Of a stretch of DNA of 64,000 nucleotides, positions 26,143-35,903 are shown piece after piece. Each line of letters opens with the position of its first letter. Positions within the stretch are counted from its first letter, which is position 1. Made by a program: the position numbers and the translations under genes. The notes below the pieces were generated by a model. The model ran no database searches and had not been told where the DNA came from. It saw only the letters and a program-made list of their open reading frames with translations. The stretch is from Betaproteobacteria bacterium (lineage in GTDB: Bacteria > Pseudomonadota > Gammaproteobacteria > Burkholderiales > UBA3065): assembly GCA_009927815.1 (NCBI GenBank), contig RFMI01000093.1:678-64677 (forward strand), read 5' to 3'.

Positions 26143-26162
26143 TTCGGAGACTTGCCAACGTC

Positions 26163-26399
26163 ATGTTCAAGCTCCTGGCTCTCCTCATAGGCATCGCCGG
26201 CGGTTTATGGTGGTTTGCTCGGTCTGGTCGAGTGCGGTCGAGCGATCGCGGCGGCCGGAGCCGTTCCGATCCGGCCCGTCTGGCGCCGCAGATGCTCCGT
26301 TGCGAGTACTGCAACGTCCACTTTCCAGAGTCTGAGGCGGTCAACGCGGAGAAACACGTGTTCTGCTGCGCCGAGCATCGCGCCGCCGCGGGGTACTGA
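26163..26399 (+). CDS. small membrane-anchored Cys-rich protein (PP0621-family-like)
   Basis: Has an N-terminal TM helix 'LLALLIGIAGGLWWF' and C-terminal 'CEYCNVHFP...FCCAEH', a putative zinc ribbon. It lies 2 nt upstream of ampD. Confidence 0.5.
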   Translation: MFKLLALLIGIAGGLWWFARSGRVRSSDRGGRSRSDPARLAPQMLRCEYCNVHFPESEAVNAEKHVFCCAEHRAAAGY

Positions 26400-26401
26400 G
26401 C

Positions 26402-26941
26402 GTGGGCTTCGACCGGGCGGGCTGGTTGCGCGGCGTTCGCCGCGAGCCCTCTCCAAACTGCGACCCGCGCCCCGAGCAGCCGGTCGAACTGTTGGTGCTG
26501 CACAACATTAGCCTTCCGCCTGACGAGTTCGGCAGCGGTGACATCTTCGCGTTGTTTGGCAACCGACTGGACGTGACGCGGCATCCGTTCTACCGAACCA
26601 TCGAAGGGCTGCGGGTTTCGGCGCATTTCGTTATCGAGCGCGACGGCCGCATCACCCAGTGCGTGCCGATTCACCAGCGCGCTTGGCACGCCGGCGTCTC
26701 CAGCTGGCAGGGCCGGGAGCGTTGCAATGATTATTCGGTCGGGGTCGAGCTTGAGGGCACCGATACCGCGCCGTTCACCTCGGACCAGTACATAGCGTTG
26801 ACAGCCTTGGCAATGCAGCTGATGGCCGAGTTGCCACTGGCCGGGGTGGCGGGCCACAGCGATATTGCACCGGGCCGCAAGACCGACCCGGGTCCGCACT
26901 TCGAGTGGCCGCGCTTCTGGCGTTCGATTCGCCTGAACTGA
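26402..26941 (+). CDS. ampD: 1,6-anhydro-N-acetylmuramyl-L-alanine amidase AmpD
   Basis: Has an amidase_2 fold: 'LLVLHNISLPP', 'SAHF.I.RDG...Q', 'RAWHAG.S.W', 'NDYS.G.ELEG', 'GHSDIAPGRKTDPG'. Confidence 0.85.
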   Translation: MGFDRAGWLRGVRREPSPNCDPRPEQPVELLVLHNISLPPDEFGSGDIFALFGNRLDVTRHPFYRTIEGLRVSAHFVIERDGRITQCVPIHQRAWHAGVSSWQGRERCNDYSVGVELEGTDTAPFTSDQYIALTALAMQLMAELPLAGVAGHSDIAPGRKTDPGPHFEWPRFWRSIRLN

Positions 26942-27044
26942 CCCAGCGTGGGCGGCCGTTTGCTGCAGCGCACACTAGGGATTGGGCGGTCTTCCAGCTG
27001 GCATAAAAATGCAACACGGTTGTCCTTGCGCTGGTGACCGCAAA

Positions 27045-27060
27045 CCCCTAGGATTAGTGT
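27045..27060 (+). promoter_or_regulatory. possible second (weak) NrdR box
   Basis: CCCCTAGGATTAGTGT has a good right half-site and a poor left half. Its centre is 32 bp upstream of the stronger box. Confidence 0.25.
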
Positions 27061-27076
27061 CATGCCCACGAGCCAG

Positions 27077-27092
27077 ACACAAGATGTAGTGT
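27077..27092 (+). promoter_or_regulatory. NrdR box candidate upstream of nrdA
   Basis: ACACAAGATGTAGTGT matches my recollection of the NrdR consensus acaCwAnATnTwGtgt. It lies 110 nt upstream of the nrdA ATG. Confidence 0.45.
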
Positions 27093-27201
27093 TTGATCAT
27101 CCGGACATCGCGATGCTCGGCAGGCCGCAGAACCACCCAATAAGGTCCTGATTCGTCGGGCCGACTCATTGTCCAAGATCCACCGCAGAGGGGGCTAAGC
27201 C

Positions 27202-30072
27202 ATGCAACTGACCACCACCGAAACCAGTTCAGCCGGCGATCATCGCCAGGCCTCCTTGCTGCCTGCCAGCGATTTGGCCAGCGACGCCCGTTACAACGAT
27301 TACAAGGTGATCCGCCGCAATGGCGCGGTGGTCCCCTTTGAGCCGTCCAAGATCGCGGTCGCTATGACCAAAGCGTTCATCGCCGTCGATGGCGCTCAGG
27401 GCGCAGCGTCGGCGCGGGTGCGCGAGCAAGTCGCCATGCTCACCGAGCAGGTGGTGGCGGCGCTGATGCGGCGCAAGCCAGAGGGTGGTGCCATTCACAT
27501 CGAGGATGTCCAGGATCAGGTCGAGCTGTCGATGATGCGCGCCGGTGCGCATCACGTCGCCCGCGCCTACGTGCTCTATCGCGAGGAGCGCTCACGCGAG
27601 CGCGCCCAGCAAGCAGCCGAATCCGGTGAGACACAACTGACCGGTTTGAGCGTGACCGAGAATGGCGCCAAGCGCCCGCTCGACATGAAGCGCCTCGAGG
27701 CGCTGGTCGTTGCGTCCTGTGAGGGTCTCGGTCCCCAAGTCGACCCGCAAGCAATCCTCAAGTCGGCGGTTCGCGACCTCTACGACGGCATCCCGGCTGA
27801 AGAGGTCGCCAAGTCGCTGGTACTGGCTGCCCGCACCCTGATTGAACACGACCCGGCCTACAGCCAGGTCACGGCCCGTCTGCTGCTGGACCAGATTCGC
27901 CACGAGATTCTCGGTGAGCCGGCCACTCAGGCCGACATGGCGACCCGCTACGCCGAATATTTCCCGGGCTTCATCCAGCGCGGCATCGCCGTCGAGCTGC
28001 TCGACGACAAGATGGGCCATTACGACCTCGCCCGTCTCGGAGCAGCGCTCAAGCCGGAGCGCGACCTGCAGTTCCAATATCTTGGCCTGCAAACCCTGTA
28101 CGACCGCTATTTCCTGCACACCGACGGCAAGCGCATCGAGCTGCCGCAGGCGTTCTTCATGCGGGTCGCGATGGGCCTGGCGCTCGGCGAGATCGACCGC
28201 GAGACCCGCGCCATTGAGTTCTATAACGTGTTGTCGACCTTCGACTTCATGAGCAGCACACCGACCCTGTTCAACAGCGGCACGCAGCGCAGCCAGCTCT
28301 CCAGCTGCTACCTCACCACGGTTGCCGACGACCTCGATGGCATCTACGAGGCGATCAAGGAGAACGCGCTGCTCTCGAAGTTCGCCGGTGGTCTCGGCAA
28401 CGACTGGACCAACGTCCGCGCCCTGGGTAGCCACATCAAGGGCACCAACGGCAAGTCGCAAGGCGTGGTGCCTTTCCTCAAGGTGGTCAACGACACCGCC
28501 GTGGCGGTGAATCAGGGCGGCAAGCGCAAAGGCGCGGTCTGCGCTTACCTCGAGACCTGGCACCTCGATATCGAGGAGTTTCTCGAGCTGCGCAAGAACA
28601 CTGGCGACGACCGCCGTCGTACCCACGACATGAACACCGCCAACTGGGTCCCCGACCTGTTCATGAAGCGGGTGATGGAGGGCGCCGAGTGGACATTGTT
28701 CTCGCCGGCTGACTGCCCCGACCTGCACGATCTGTATGGATCGGCGTTCGAGCAAGCCTACACCGGCTACGAAGCCCGGGCCGCGCGCGGCGAACTGAAG
28801 CTGTTCAAGAAGGTACCGGCGCAGACACTCTGGCGTCGCATGCTGACCATGTTGTTTGAGACTGGCCACCCCTGGATCACCTTCAAGGACCCGTGCAACA
28901 TTCGCAGCCCGCAACAACACGTCGGCGTGGTGCACTCGTCCAACCTGTGCACCGAGATCACGCTCAACACCAATGACAGCGAGATTGCCGTCTGCAACCT
29001 CGGTTCGGTCAATATGGCCAACCACATGGTGCAAGACGCCGAAGGACATTGGAGTCTGGATACGGCCAAGGTCGAGCGTACCGTCAAGGTCGCGATGCGC
29101 ATGCTCGACAACGTGATCGACATCAACTACTACGCCGTCAAAAAAGCGCGCGACAGCAACCTGCGTCACCGCCCGGTGGGCCTGGGCATCATGGGTTTCC
29201 AAGATTGTCTGCACAAGATGCGTGTGCCCTACGCCAGCAATGAGGCCGTTGAGTTTGCCGATCGCAGCATGGAAGCCGTCTGCTACTACGCCTACTGGGC
29301 CTCGACCGACCTCGCCGCCGAGCGCGGTCGCTACTCGAGCTTCACCGGCAGTCTGTGGGACCGCGGCATCCTGCCGCAGGATTCGCTGAAGCTGCTGGCC
29401 GAGGCACGCGGCGGTCATGTCGAGGTCGACGGCTCGTCGACCCTGGACTGGGACGCGCTGCGCAAGCGCATCAAGCAATACGGCATGCGCAATAGCAACT
29501 GCGTCGCCATCGCGCCGACCGCGACCATCTCCAATATCGTCGGTGTGTCGGCCAGCATCGAGCCGAACTACAAGAACCTCTACGTCAAGAGCAACTTGTC
29601 GGGCGAGTTCACGGTGGTGAACGATCAGCTGGTGAGCGACCTCAAAGCGCGTGGCCTGTGGGACGAAGTGATGGTGGCTGACATGAAGTACTTTGACGGC
29701 TCCCTATCGAAGATCGACCGCATTCCGGCCGACCTGCGGGCGCTCTATGCCACCAGCTTTGAGGTGGATTCAAGCTGGCTGGTGGAGGCGGCGTCGCGTC
29801 GTCAGAAGTGGATCGACCAAGCGCAGAGTCTCAACCTGTACGTGGCTCAACCGTCGGGCAAGAAGCTCGACGAGACCTACAAGCTGGCTTGGCTGCGCGG
29901 TCTCAAGACCACCTACTACCTGCGCACCATGGGTGCCACCAGTGCCGAGAAGTCGACCGGCCGCGGCGGCGAACTCAATGCCGTGCCGGTGGCGGGCGGC
30001 GAAGCCGCTGCTGCAGCGGCCGAGGCCAAGTTCTGCTCGATCGACAACCCCGAGTGCGAGGCCTGCCAGTAA
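27202..30072 (+). CDS. nrdA: ribonucleoside-diphosphate reductase, class Ia alpha subunit
   Basis: Has an N-terminal ATP-cone, the catalytic core 'NLCTEI' and a C-terminal redox pair 'CEAC'. 956 aa. Confidence 0.95.
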   Translation: MQLTTTETSSAGDHRQASLLPASDLASDARYNDYKVIRRNGAVVPFEPSKIAVAMTKAFIAVDGAQGAASARVREQVAMLTEQVVAALMRRKPEGGAIHIEDVQDQVELSMMRAGAHHVARAYVLYREERSRERAQQAAESGETQLTGLSVTENGAKRPLDMKRLEALVVASCEGLGPQVDPQAILKSAVRDLYDGIPAEEVAKSLVLAARTLIEHDPAYSQVTARLLLDQIRHEILGEPATQADMATRYAEYFPGFIQRGIAVELLDDKMGHYDLARLGAALKPERDLQFQYLGLQTLYDRYFLHTDGKRIELPQAFFMRVAMGLALGEIDRETRAIEFYNVLSTFDFMSSTPTLFNSGTQRSQLSSCYLTTVADDLDGIYEAIKENALLSKFAGGLGNDWTNVRALGSHIKGTNGKSQGVVPFLKVVNDTAVAVNQGGKRKGAVCAYLETWHLDIEEFLELRKNTGDDRRRTHDMNTANWVPDLFMKRVMEGAEWTLFSPADCPDLHDLYGSAFEQAYTGYEARAARGELKLFKKVPAQTLWRRMLTMLFETGHPWITFKDPCNIRSPQQHVGVVHSSNLCTEITLNTNDSEIAVCNLGSVNMANHMVQDAEGHWSLDTAKVERTVKVAMRMLDNVIDINYYAVKKARDSNLRHRPVGLGIMGFQDCLHKMRVPYASNEAVEFADRSMEAVCYYAYWASTDLAAERGRYSSFTGSLWDRGILPQDSLKLLAEARGGHVEVDGSSTLDWDALRKRIKQYGMRNSNCVAIAPTATISNIVGVSASIEPNYKNLYVKSNLSGEFTVVNDQLVSDLKARGLWDEVMVADMKYFDGSLSKIDRIPADLRALYATSFEVDSSWLVEAASRRQKWIDQAQSLNLYVAQPSGKKLDETYKLAWLRGLKTTYYLRTMGATSAEKSTGRGGELNAVPVAGGEAAAAAAEAKFCSIDNPECEACQ

Positions 30073-30106
30073 GGCCGGCCGACTGAAGATTTGAGGAGAG
30101 ACCCTG

Positions 30107-31279
30107 ATGCTGAATTTTGAAGACGACTTCGCCGCACCGCAGCCGCGCCTGCAGCCTCATTTGCCGCAAGCGCCGGTGGGCGACCTGTTCGACGGCGCTA
30201 CGCCGTCCCGTGCCGACCTCAGCACGCTGGCCGATGACGCCGCCGTTGCCGACGAGACGGACCGCCGCATCAATGCCGCTGACAAGCGCGTGATCAATGG
30301 CAGCACCGACGTCAACCAGCTGGTGCCGTTCAAGTACAAGTGGGCGTGGGAGAAGTACCTGGCCGGCTGTGCCAATCACTGGATGCCGCAAGAGGTGCAG
30401 ATGTCACGCGACATCGCCCTGTGGAAGGACCCGAATGGCCTGACCGAGGACGAGCGCCTGATCGTCAAGCGCAACCTGGGTTTCTTTGTGACCGCCGACT
30501 CGCTGGCCGCCAACAACATCGTGCTCGGCACCTACCGCCACATCACCGCGCCGGAGTGCCGCCAGTTTCTGCTGCGTCAGGCTTTCGAAGAGGCGATCCA
30601 CACCCACGCCTATCAGTACATTGTGGAGAGCCTGGGGCTGGACGAGGGCGAGATTTTCAACGCCTATCACGAGGTCGCCAGTATCCGTGACAAGGACGAG
30701 TTCCTCATCCCCTTCATCGAGACGCTGACTGACCCCGAGTTCACCACCGGCACGCTGGAAAACGACCAGAAGCTGTTGAAGAGCCTGATCGTGTTCAGCT
30801 GCATTATGGAAGGCATCTTCTTCTACGTCGGTTTTGTGCAGATCCTTGCGCTGGGCCGCCAGAACAAGATGACCGGCGCTGCCGAGCAGTACCAGTACAT
30901 CCTGCGCGACGAGTCGATGCACTGCAATTTTGGCGTCGACCTGGTTAACACCATCAAGCTCGAGAACCCGCACCTCTGGACGCCGGAATTCCGCGCCGAG
31001 TTGGTGACGTTGTTCAAGAAGGCGGTGGACCTGGAATACGCCTACGCCGAGGCGACCATGCCGCGCGGCGTGCTCGGCCTGAATGCGCCGATGTTCAAGG
31101 AATACCTGCGCTTCATCTGCAACCGTCGTTGCCGTCAGATCGGCCTTGACGAGCTGTTCTCCGGTGCCGAGAACCCGTTCCCGTGGATGAGCGAGATGAT
31201 CGACCTGAAGAAGGAGAAGAACTTCTTCGAGACGCGCGTCACCGAGTATCAGACCGGTGGGGCCTTGAGCTGGGATTGA
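30107..31279 (+). CDS. nrdB: ribonucleoside-diphosphate reductase, class Ia beta subunit
   Basis: Contains the di-iron/tyrosyl-radical motifs '[10 protein letters not shown]' and 'LRDESMH'. It follows nrdA. Confidence 0.95.
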   Translation: MLNFEDDFAAPQPRLQPHLPQAPVGDLFDGATPSRADLSTLADDAAVADETDRRINAADKRVINGSTDVNQLVPFKYKWAWEKYLAGCANHWMPQEVQMSRDIALWKDPNGLTEDERLIVKRNLGFFVTADSLAANNIVLGTYRHITAPECRQFLLRQAFEEAIHTHAYQYIVESLGLDEGEIFNAYHEVASIRDKDEFLIPFIETLTDPEFTTGTLENDQKLLKSLIVFSCIMEGIFFYVGFVQILALGRQNKMTGAAEQYQYILRDESMHCNFGVDLVNTIKLENPHLWTPEFRAELVTLFKKAVDLEYAYAEATMPRGVLGLNAPMFKEYLRFICNRRCRQIGLDELFSGAENPFPWMSEMIDLKKEKNFFETRVTEYQTGGALSWD

Positions 31280-31293
31280 GTACGCTCGATTGC

Positions 31294-31328
31294 AAAAGAA
31301 AAACCCCGTTTCGGCGGGGTTTTTCTTT
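31294..31328. terminator. bidirectional intrinsic terminator between nrdB and the convergent adenosyltransferase gene
   Basis: AAACCCCG, a 6-nt loop, CGGGGTTT, flanked by an A-run on the 5' side and a T-run on the 3' side. Confidence 0.65.
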
Positions 31329-31348
31329 GGGCGCTCGGCTTTCTGTGT

Positions 31349-31903
31349 TCAGTCTCGCCGGATCGCTGGTTGCCAGCTGACGTCCGCTACGCCGGCCATC
31401 TGATTGAGGCAGCGGCTGAGGATGAACAGCAGGTCGGACAGGCGGTTGAGATACAGCCGGGGGTTGTCGCCCACGATACTGGCGCGGTCCAGCGCCACCA
31501 GCGAACGCTCAGCGCGGCGGCACACGGTGCGGGCGACGTGGGCATGCGCGGCGGCGGATGAGCCGCCCGGTAGCACAAACTCCTTCAGCGGCGGCAGCAG
31601 CGCGTTGTAGGCGGCGATGGCGGCGTCCAGTCGGCCGACATGCTCGGGTTTGAGCAGACTCGACCCGGGGATGGCCAGCTCGCTGCCAAGGTCGAACAGG
31701 TCGTTCTGCACTTGCGCCAAAAGCCGACCGATGTCCTCAGGCACCGGGTGGGTCAGCAAGACCCCCAGCTGGCTGTTGAGCTCGTCGACGTCGCCGAGCG
31801 CGTGGATGCGCGGGTCGGTTTTTGGCACGCGGGTGCCGTCGGCCAGGCCGGTTTCGCCGGCGTCGCCGCTGCGGGTGGTGATGTGGGTCAGGCGGTCGCT
31901 CAT
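31349..31903 (-). CDS. ATP:cob(I)alamin adenosyltransferase, PduO type
   Basis: Reads 'ITTRSGDAGETGL.DG.RV.K...RI.ALGDVDELNS'. 184 aa. Confidence 0.8.
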   Translation of the reverse strand: MSDRLTHITTRSGDAGETGLADGTRVPKTDPRIHALGDVDELNSQLGVLLTHPVPEDIGRLLAQVQNDLFDLGSELAIPGSSLLKPEHVGRLDAAIAAYNALLPPLKEFVLPGGSSAAAHAHVARTVCRRAERSLVALDRASIVGDNPRLYLNRLSDLLFILSRCLNQMAGVADVSWQPAIRRD

Positions 31904-31912
31904 CGGGGCTCC

Positions 31913-32338
31913 TCAGACAAGACGCCGCACGGCGTCCAGATAGGCCGGCACGTCAAATGGCGTGCCGTGGCGTTGGGTGGTCCACAGCTGTTCCAGCAGA
32001 CAATCGAGGACAGCGTGGCTCGCGGCATGCGGGTCGCCCAGTTTCTCGGCTGCGGCGGTCCATCCGGCGCGGATCCCCGGCGGCTGGTCGATGGCCAACT
32101 GCTCGGCCAGCGCGAGGTGAAAGCTCAAGTGCATGAAGGGATTGGTTTCGCCGTCTTCGGGATGCCAGGTTCGGGCGGCATAGGTGTCCGGCGCCTCCAA
32201 CACCGGGTGGTACTCGGGGTGCTCGAGGATGATCGGCAGCAGCGTGGTCTCTGCCCCCTGTAGACCGACGCCAGCGCGGTACTTGCGCCAGGTTTCGAAC
32301 ATGAAGCTGCGGACGTCGTCGCGGGAGGGGTTGAACAT
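31913..32338 (-). CDS. DUF1841-like conserved protein
   Basis: Reads 'MFNPSRDDVR.F....W.K'. 141 aa. It sits between nth and the adenosyltransferase gene on the same strand. Confidence 0.5.
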   Translation of the reverse strand: MFNPSRDDVRSFMFETWRKYRAGVGLQGAETTLLPIILEHPEYHPVLEAPDTYAARTWHPEDGETNPFMHLSFHLALAEQLAIDQPPGIRAGWTAAAEKLGDPHAASHAVLDCLLEQLWTTQRHGTPFDVPAYLDAVRRLV

Positions 32339-32362
32339 GGCAAGGGGCGGGGGAGAGTTGGT

Positions 32363-33058
32363 TCAGACCAGCGGCGTCGGTTTTGGTTTGCGCTGGGCCG
32401 CTTTGACTGCCAGCGACTCGCCGGGCGGCGGCGTCTTGTGACGGTAGTCGCAGAGATCGGCGATCACGCAGTCGTAGCAGCGCGGCTTGCGCGCCTGGCA
32501 GGTGTAGCGCCCATGCAGGATTAGCCAGTGGTGTGCGTCGACCTTGAACTCGGCCGGGATGTTCTTGAGCAACGCCAGCTCCACTGCCAGCGGCGTCTTG
32601 CCCTTGCCCAGCCCTGTGCGGTTGCCGACGCGGAACACGTGCGTGTCGACGGCGATGGTCGGCTCGCCAAAGGCGGTGTTGAGCACCACGTTGGCGGTCT
32701 TGCGGCCGACCCCGGGCAAGGCCTGCAGCGCGTCGCGGTCGCGTGGCACCTCGCCGCCGTGCTGCTCGAGAATCAGCCGGCAGGTCTCGATGACGTTTTT
32801 GGCCTTGCTGCGATAGAGGCCAATGGTCTGGATGTAGGGGATGAGGCCGTCGACGCCGAGCGCGAGAATGGCCTCGGGCGTGCCGGCCACCGGGTAGAGC
32901 TTGCGGGTGGCGGCGTTGACGCTGACATCGGTCGCTTGTGCCGAGAGGATGACGGCGATCAGCAGCTGGAAGACCGAGTCGTATTCGAGCTCGGTGGTGG
33001 GCGCCGGCATGATGGCGGCGAGGCGCTGCAGGGCCTCGCGGCGGGTGCTTGGGTTCAT
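32363..33058 (-). CDS. nth: endonuclease III
   Basis: Contains the HhH-GPD motif 'LPGVGRKTANVVL' and the 4Fe-4S ligand pattern C-x6-C-x2-C-x5-C ('CQARKPRCYDCVIADLC'). I used the internal ATG 33058, which overlaps the upstream stop (ATGA). Confidence 0.9.
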   Translation of the reverse strand: MNPSTRREALQRLAAIMPAPTTELEYDSVFQLLIAVILSAQATDVSVNAATRKLYPVAGTPEAILALGVDGLIPYIQTIGLYRSKAKNVIETCRLILEQHGGEVPRDRDALQALPGVGRKTANVVLNTAFGEPTIAVDTHVFRVGNRTGLGKGKTPLAVELALLKNIPAEFKVDAHHWLILHGRYTCQARKPRCYDCVIADLCDYRHKTPPPGESLAVKAAQRKPKPTPLV

Positions 33059-33930
33059 GGCGAGCCTGCCGGCGGCTTGCGCCAGACGCGCAAGCGATGC
33101 CAGGGCAAGAGCCGGTAATGCTGACTGCCACTGGTCTCGAGCACGCGCAGGTCGAGCCGGCTCGCGTTGAGGCGGGCTGACACCGGTGCCGGCACCGGCT
33201 GTCCTGGCTGGTGCAGCCAAACCAGCGTCTGCGCCACGGTGACGTCGGCCAAGGGCAGGGCGCAGCGCAGCGGATGGGCGCCGATCAGGTGGACGCCGGC
33301 TGCCCGCGGCGGCGGCGCGCTGGGTGCGCCGCCGCTCAACCACAGTGCGTTCAGCGGCCGCAGGCCGCGGGCTTCGCGCGCCTCGTTGAGCGGATGCACG
33401 TGCAGCAGCATCTGCGCCTCGGTGAGCCAGCGCCGCCAGTCAGCGCCGCGCGGGCCGTCGGGCAGGTGCGCGTCGAGCGGCCGACCCGCGACCCGCCACA
33501 CCGGCTGAAAGCGCGCTCCGGCCGGTGCTGCGAGATCGAGCAGAGCGAAACCCGCGTCATCGGCCGGCGCATGCAGCGCCCCCAACGCTGGCAGGTGTGC
33601 CAGCACGTCGGTGATCAGCTGCGCAGCGTCGGCAGCGTCCTCGGGCTGCTGCGGCAGGGCCACCAGCCGGTCGCGGGTGATAACCAGCGACAGCGCGTCT
33701 AGCTTGAGCCAGCCGTGTTGCGCCGCGGGCGATCCCCGTGTTGCTGCCAGCAGGGCCGCCTCGGCCTCGGCAGGGATGCCGTGTTGCGCCAGCAGCCAGT
33801 CGTCCAGTGCCAAGAAGTCATCACGCCGATGGTCGGCCCGCGCTAGTCGCGCCGCCAGTCCGGGCACGTCGCGCAACAGTTGCTGCGCGTCGGCGGAGGC
33901 AATCAGGGTGGAGCCGAGGGCGTTCGACAT
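33055..33930 (-). CDS. conserved hypothetical protein (function unknown)
   Basis: A 291-aa ORF whose codon usage resembles its neighbours and which is translationally coupled to nth. I recognise no catalytic motif. Confidence 0.5.
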   Translation of the reverse strand: MSNALGSTLIASADAQQLLRDVPGLAARLARADHRRDDFLALDDWLLAQHGIPAEAEAALLAATRGSPAAQHGWLKLDALSLVITRDRLVALPQQPEDAADAAQLITDVLAHLPALGALHAPADDAGFALLDLAAPAGARFQPVWRVAGRPLDAHLPDGPRGADWRRWLTEAQMLLHVHPLNEAREARGLRPLNALWLSGGAPSAPPPRAAGVHLIGAHPLRCALPLADVTVAQTLVWLHQPGQPVPAPVSARLNASRLDLRVLETSGSQHYRLLPWHRLRVWRKPPAGSP

Positions 33931-33970
33931 GCGTCGGAGTGTAGCCGCTGGCGTGTAGCATGGCGGGCTT

Positions 33971-35217
33971 ATGCGGCTGCCCTTCGAACTCTTTGTCGCC
34001 TACCGCTACACCCGGTCGCGCGGGCGCTCCGGTTTCGTCTCGTTCATCTCAGGCGTGTCGATGCTGGGCATCGCGCTCGGGGTCGCGGCATTGATCATCG
34101 TACTGTCGGTGATGAACGGCTTTCAGAAGGAGGTGCGCGACCGCATGCTCTCGGTGTTGGCGCACGTCGAGCTGGTGGGGCCGGGGAACCGCCTGAGTGG
34201 CTGGCCTGCCGTGCAGCAGACGGCGCAGCGTCACCCGGAGGTGGTCGCGACAGCGCCTTTCGTGGTCGGCCAAGCGCTGCTAAGCCGCGGCGAGCAAGTC
34301 CAGGGCGCCGCGGTGCGCGGCATCGACCCGATTGCCGAAGCCGCAGTCTCGGATATCGGCCGCAGCATGCTTGGGGGCTCACTGGGCAGCTTGAAGGCGG
34401 GCGAGTTCAACGTGGTGCTGGGGCGCGAGTTGGCGCGCAATCTCGATGTGCGACTGGGCGACAAAGTGACCCTGATCATCCCGCAGGGCCAGGTTACTGC
34501 CGCCGGCATGATCCCTCGACTCAAGCAGTTCAACGTTAGCGGCGTATTCGAGATGGGCACGCCGAGTTTGACAGCGGTCTGGCGCTGATTAGCCTGGCGG
34601 ACGCGCAGATCCTCTACCGCTTGGGCGGTGATGTCAGTGGCGTGCGGCTCAAGCTCGCCGACCTGCACCGCGCCACCGAGGTGGCACGCCAACTGGCGCT
34701 GACTCTGCCGCCTGACGTGCTGCCGGTGGACTGGCCGTCGCAGAACCGAAACTGGTTTGCTGCCGTGCAGACCGAGAAACGCATGATGTTCATCATCCTG
34801 ACGCTGATCATCGCGGTGGCGGCGTTCAATCTGGTGAGTTCGCTGGTGATGGCGGTCAACGAGAAGCGCGCTGACATCGCGATCCTGCGAACCCTGGGCG
34901 CGACGCCGTCGAGCATCCGCCAGATCTTTTTGGTGCAGGGCGTGGTGACCGGCTGCATCGGCACTGTGCTGGGTGTGGCGGGTGGCGCGCTGGTGGCGTT
35001 CAATATCGACGTCATCCTGCCGGCGATCGAGCACGCGCTGGGCTTCAAGTTTTTGGCCAGTGGGGTCTATTACATCAGCGAGCTGCCGTCGGATCCGCAG
35101 CTGGCCGACATGGTTTGGGTGGCCGGGGTGTCGATGCTGCTCTCGGTGCTGGCAACGCTCTACCCCAGTTCAAGGGCCGCGGCGACGCAGCCGGCCGAGG
35201 CCTTGCGCTATGAGTGA
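33971..35217 (+). pseudogene. lolC: lipoprotein-releasing system permease LolC/E, frame interrupted by a 1-nt deletion near 34555-34560
   Basis: The N-terminal ORF reads 'MRLPFELFVAYRYTRSR....FISGVSMLGIALGVAAL'. The C-terminal ORF holds the FtsX domain. The -1 frame continues canonically from 34558 (HAEFDSGLALISLADAQ...). The span is 1247 nt, one short of 416 codons. Confidence 0.85.
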
Positions 35218-35902
35218 GCAACACGTGTTGTCGGCGCAGGGTCTGGCCAAGCACTTTGGCAGCGGGGCCACGGCTACGCCGGTGCTCGACGCGGTCGACC
35301 TCGAGGTCGATGCCGGCGAACGGGTGGCCGTTGTTGGCGCCTCGGGCGCTGGCAAGAGCACGCTCTTGCATCTGCTCGGTGGTCTGGAGCCTCCCGATGC
35401 GGGTCGGGTGTGCTGGTCGGGTGTTGACGTTGCCAGTCTCGGCGAATCGGCCCGCTGCGAGCGGCGCAATCACCACCTCGGCTTTGTGTACCAGTTCCAC
35501 CACCTGTTGCCGGAATTCACCGCGCAGGAGAACGCCGCCATGCCGCTGCTGCTGCGCCGCATCGACCGCGACGTGGCACTGGCCACGGCGGCTGAAGGGC
35601 TGCGGCGGGTGGGATTGGGGGCGCGACTCGACCATCGCCCGGGCGAGTTGTCGGGTGGCGAGCGGCAGCGGGTTGCCGTGGTGCGGGCGCTGATCGGTGA
35701 GCCAGCCTGTGTGCTGGCCGACGAGCCAACCGGCAATCTGGATCGCCACACCGCCGAGCAGGTGTTCGGTCTGATGCTGGAACTGGCGGAAAGTCACGCC
35801 ACGGCGTTCATCATCGTCACCCACGACGAGCGGCTGGCGGCGCGTGCCGGTCGCATCCTCGAATTGACCGACCGTCATTTGCGATCGTTTGCGAGCGCCT
35901 AG
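35210..35902 (+). CDS. lolD: lipoprotein-releasing system ATP-binding protein LolD
   Basis: Contains Walker A 'GASGAGKST', the signature 'LSGGERQR' and Walker B '[11 protein letters not shown]'. It overlaps the lolC/E stop. Confidence 0.9.
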   Translation: MSEQHVLSAQGLAKHFGSGATATPVLDAVDLEVDAGERVAVVGASGAGKSTLLHLLGGLEPPDAGRVCWSGVDVASLGESARCERRNHHLGFVYQFHHLLPEFTAQENAAMPLLLRRIDRDVALATAAEGLRRVGLGARLDHRPGELSGGERQRVAVVRALIGEPACVLADEPTGNLDRHTAEQVFGLMLELAESHATAFIIVTHDERLAARAGRILELTDRHLRSFASA

Positions 35903-35903
35903 A

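Noticed and set aside
26975-27169. A 64-aa ORF in the ampD-nrdA intergenic region (minus strand)
   Set aside because: It has no ribosome-binding site and an odd composition. It overlaps the candidate NrdR boxes and promoter region and is more likely non-coding.
27592-29478. A 628-aa ORF antisense to nrdA
   Set aside because: It is a shadow ORF inside an unambiguous nrdA gene.
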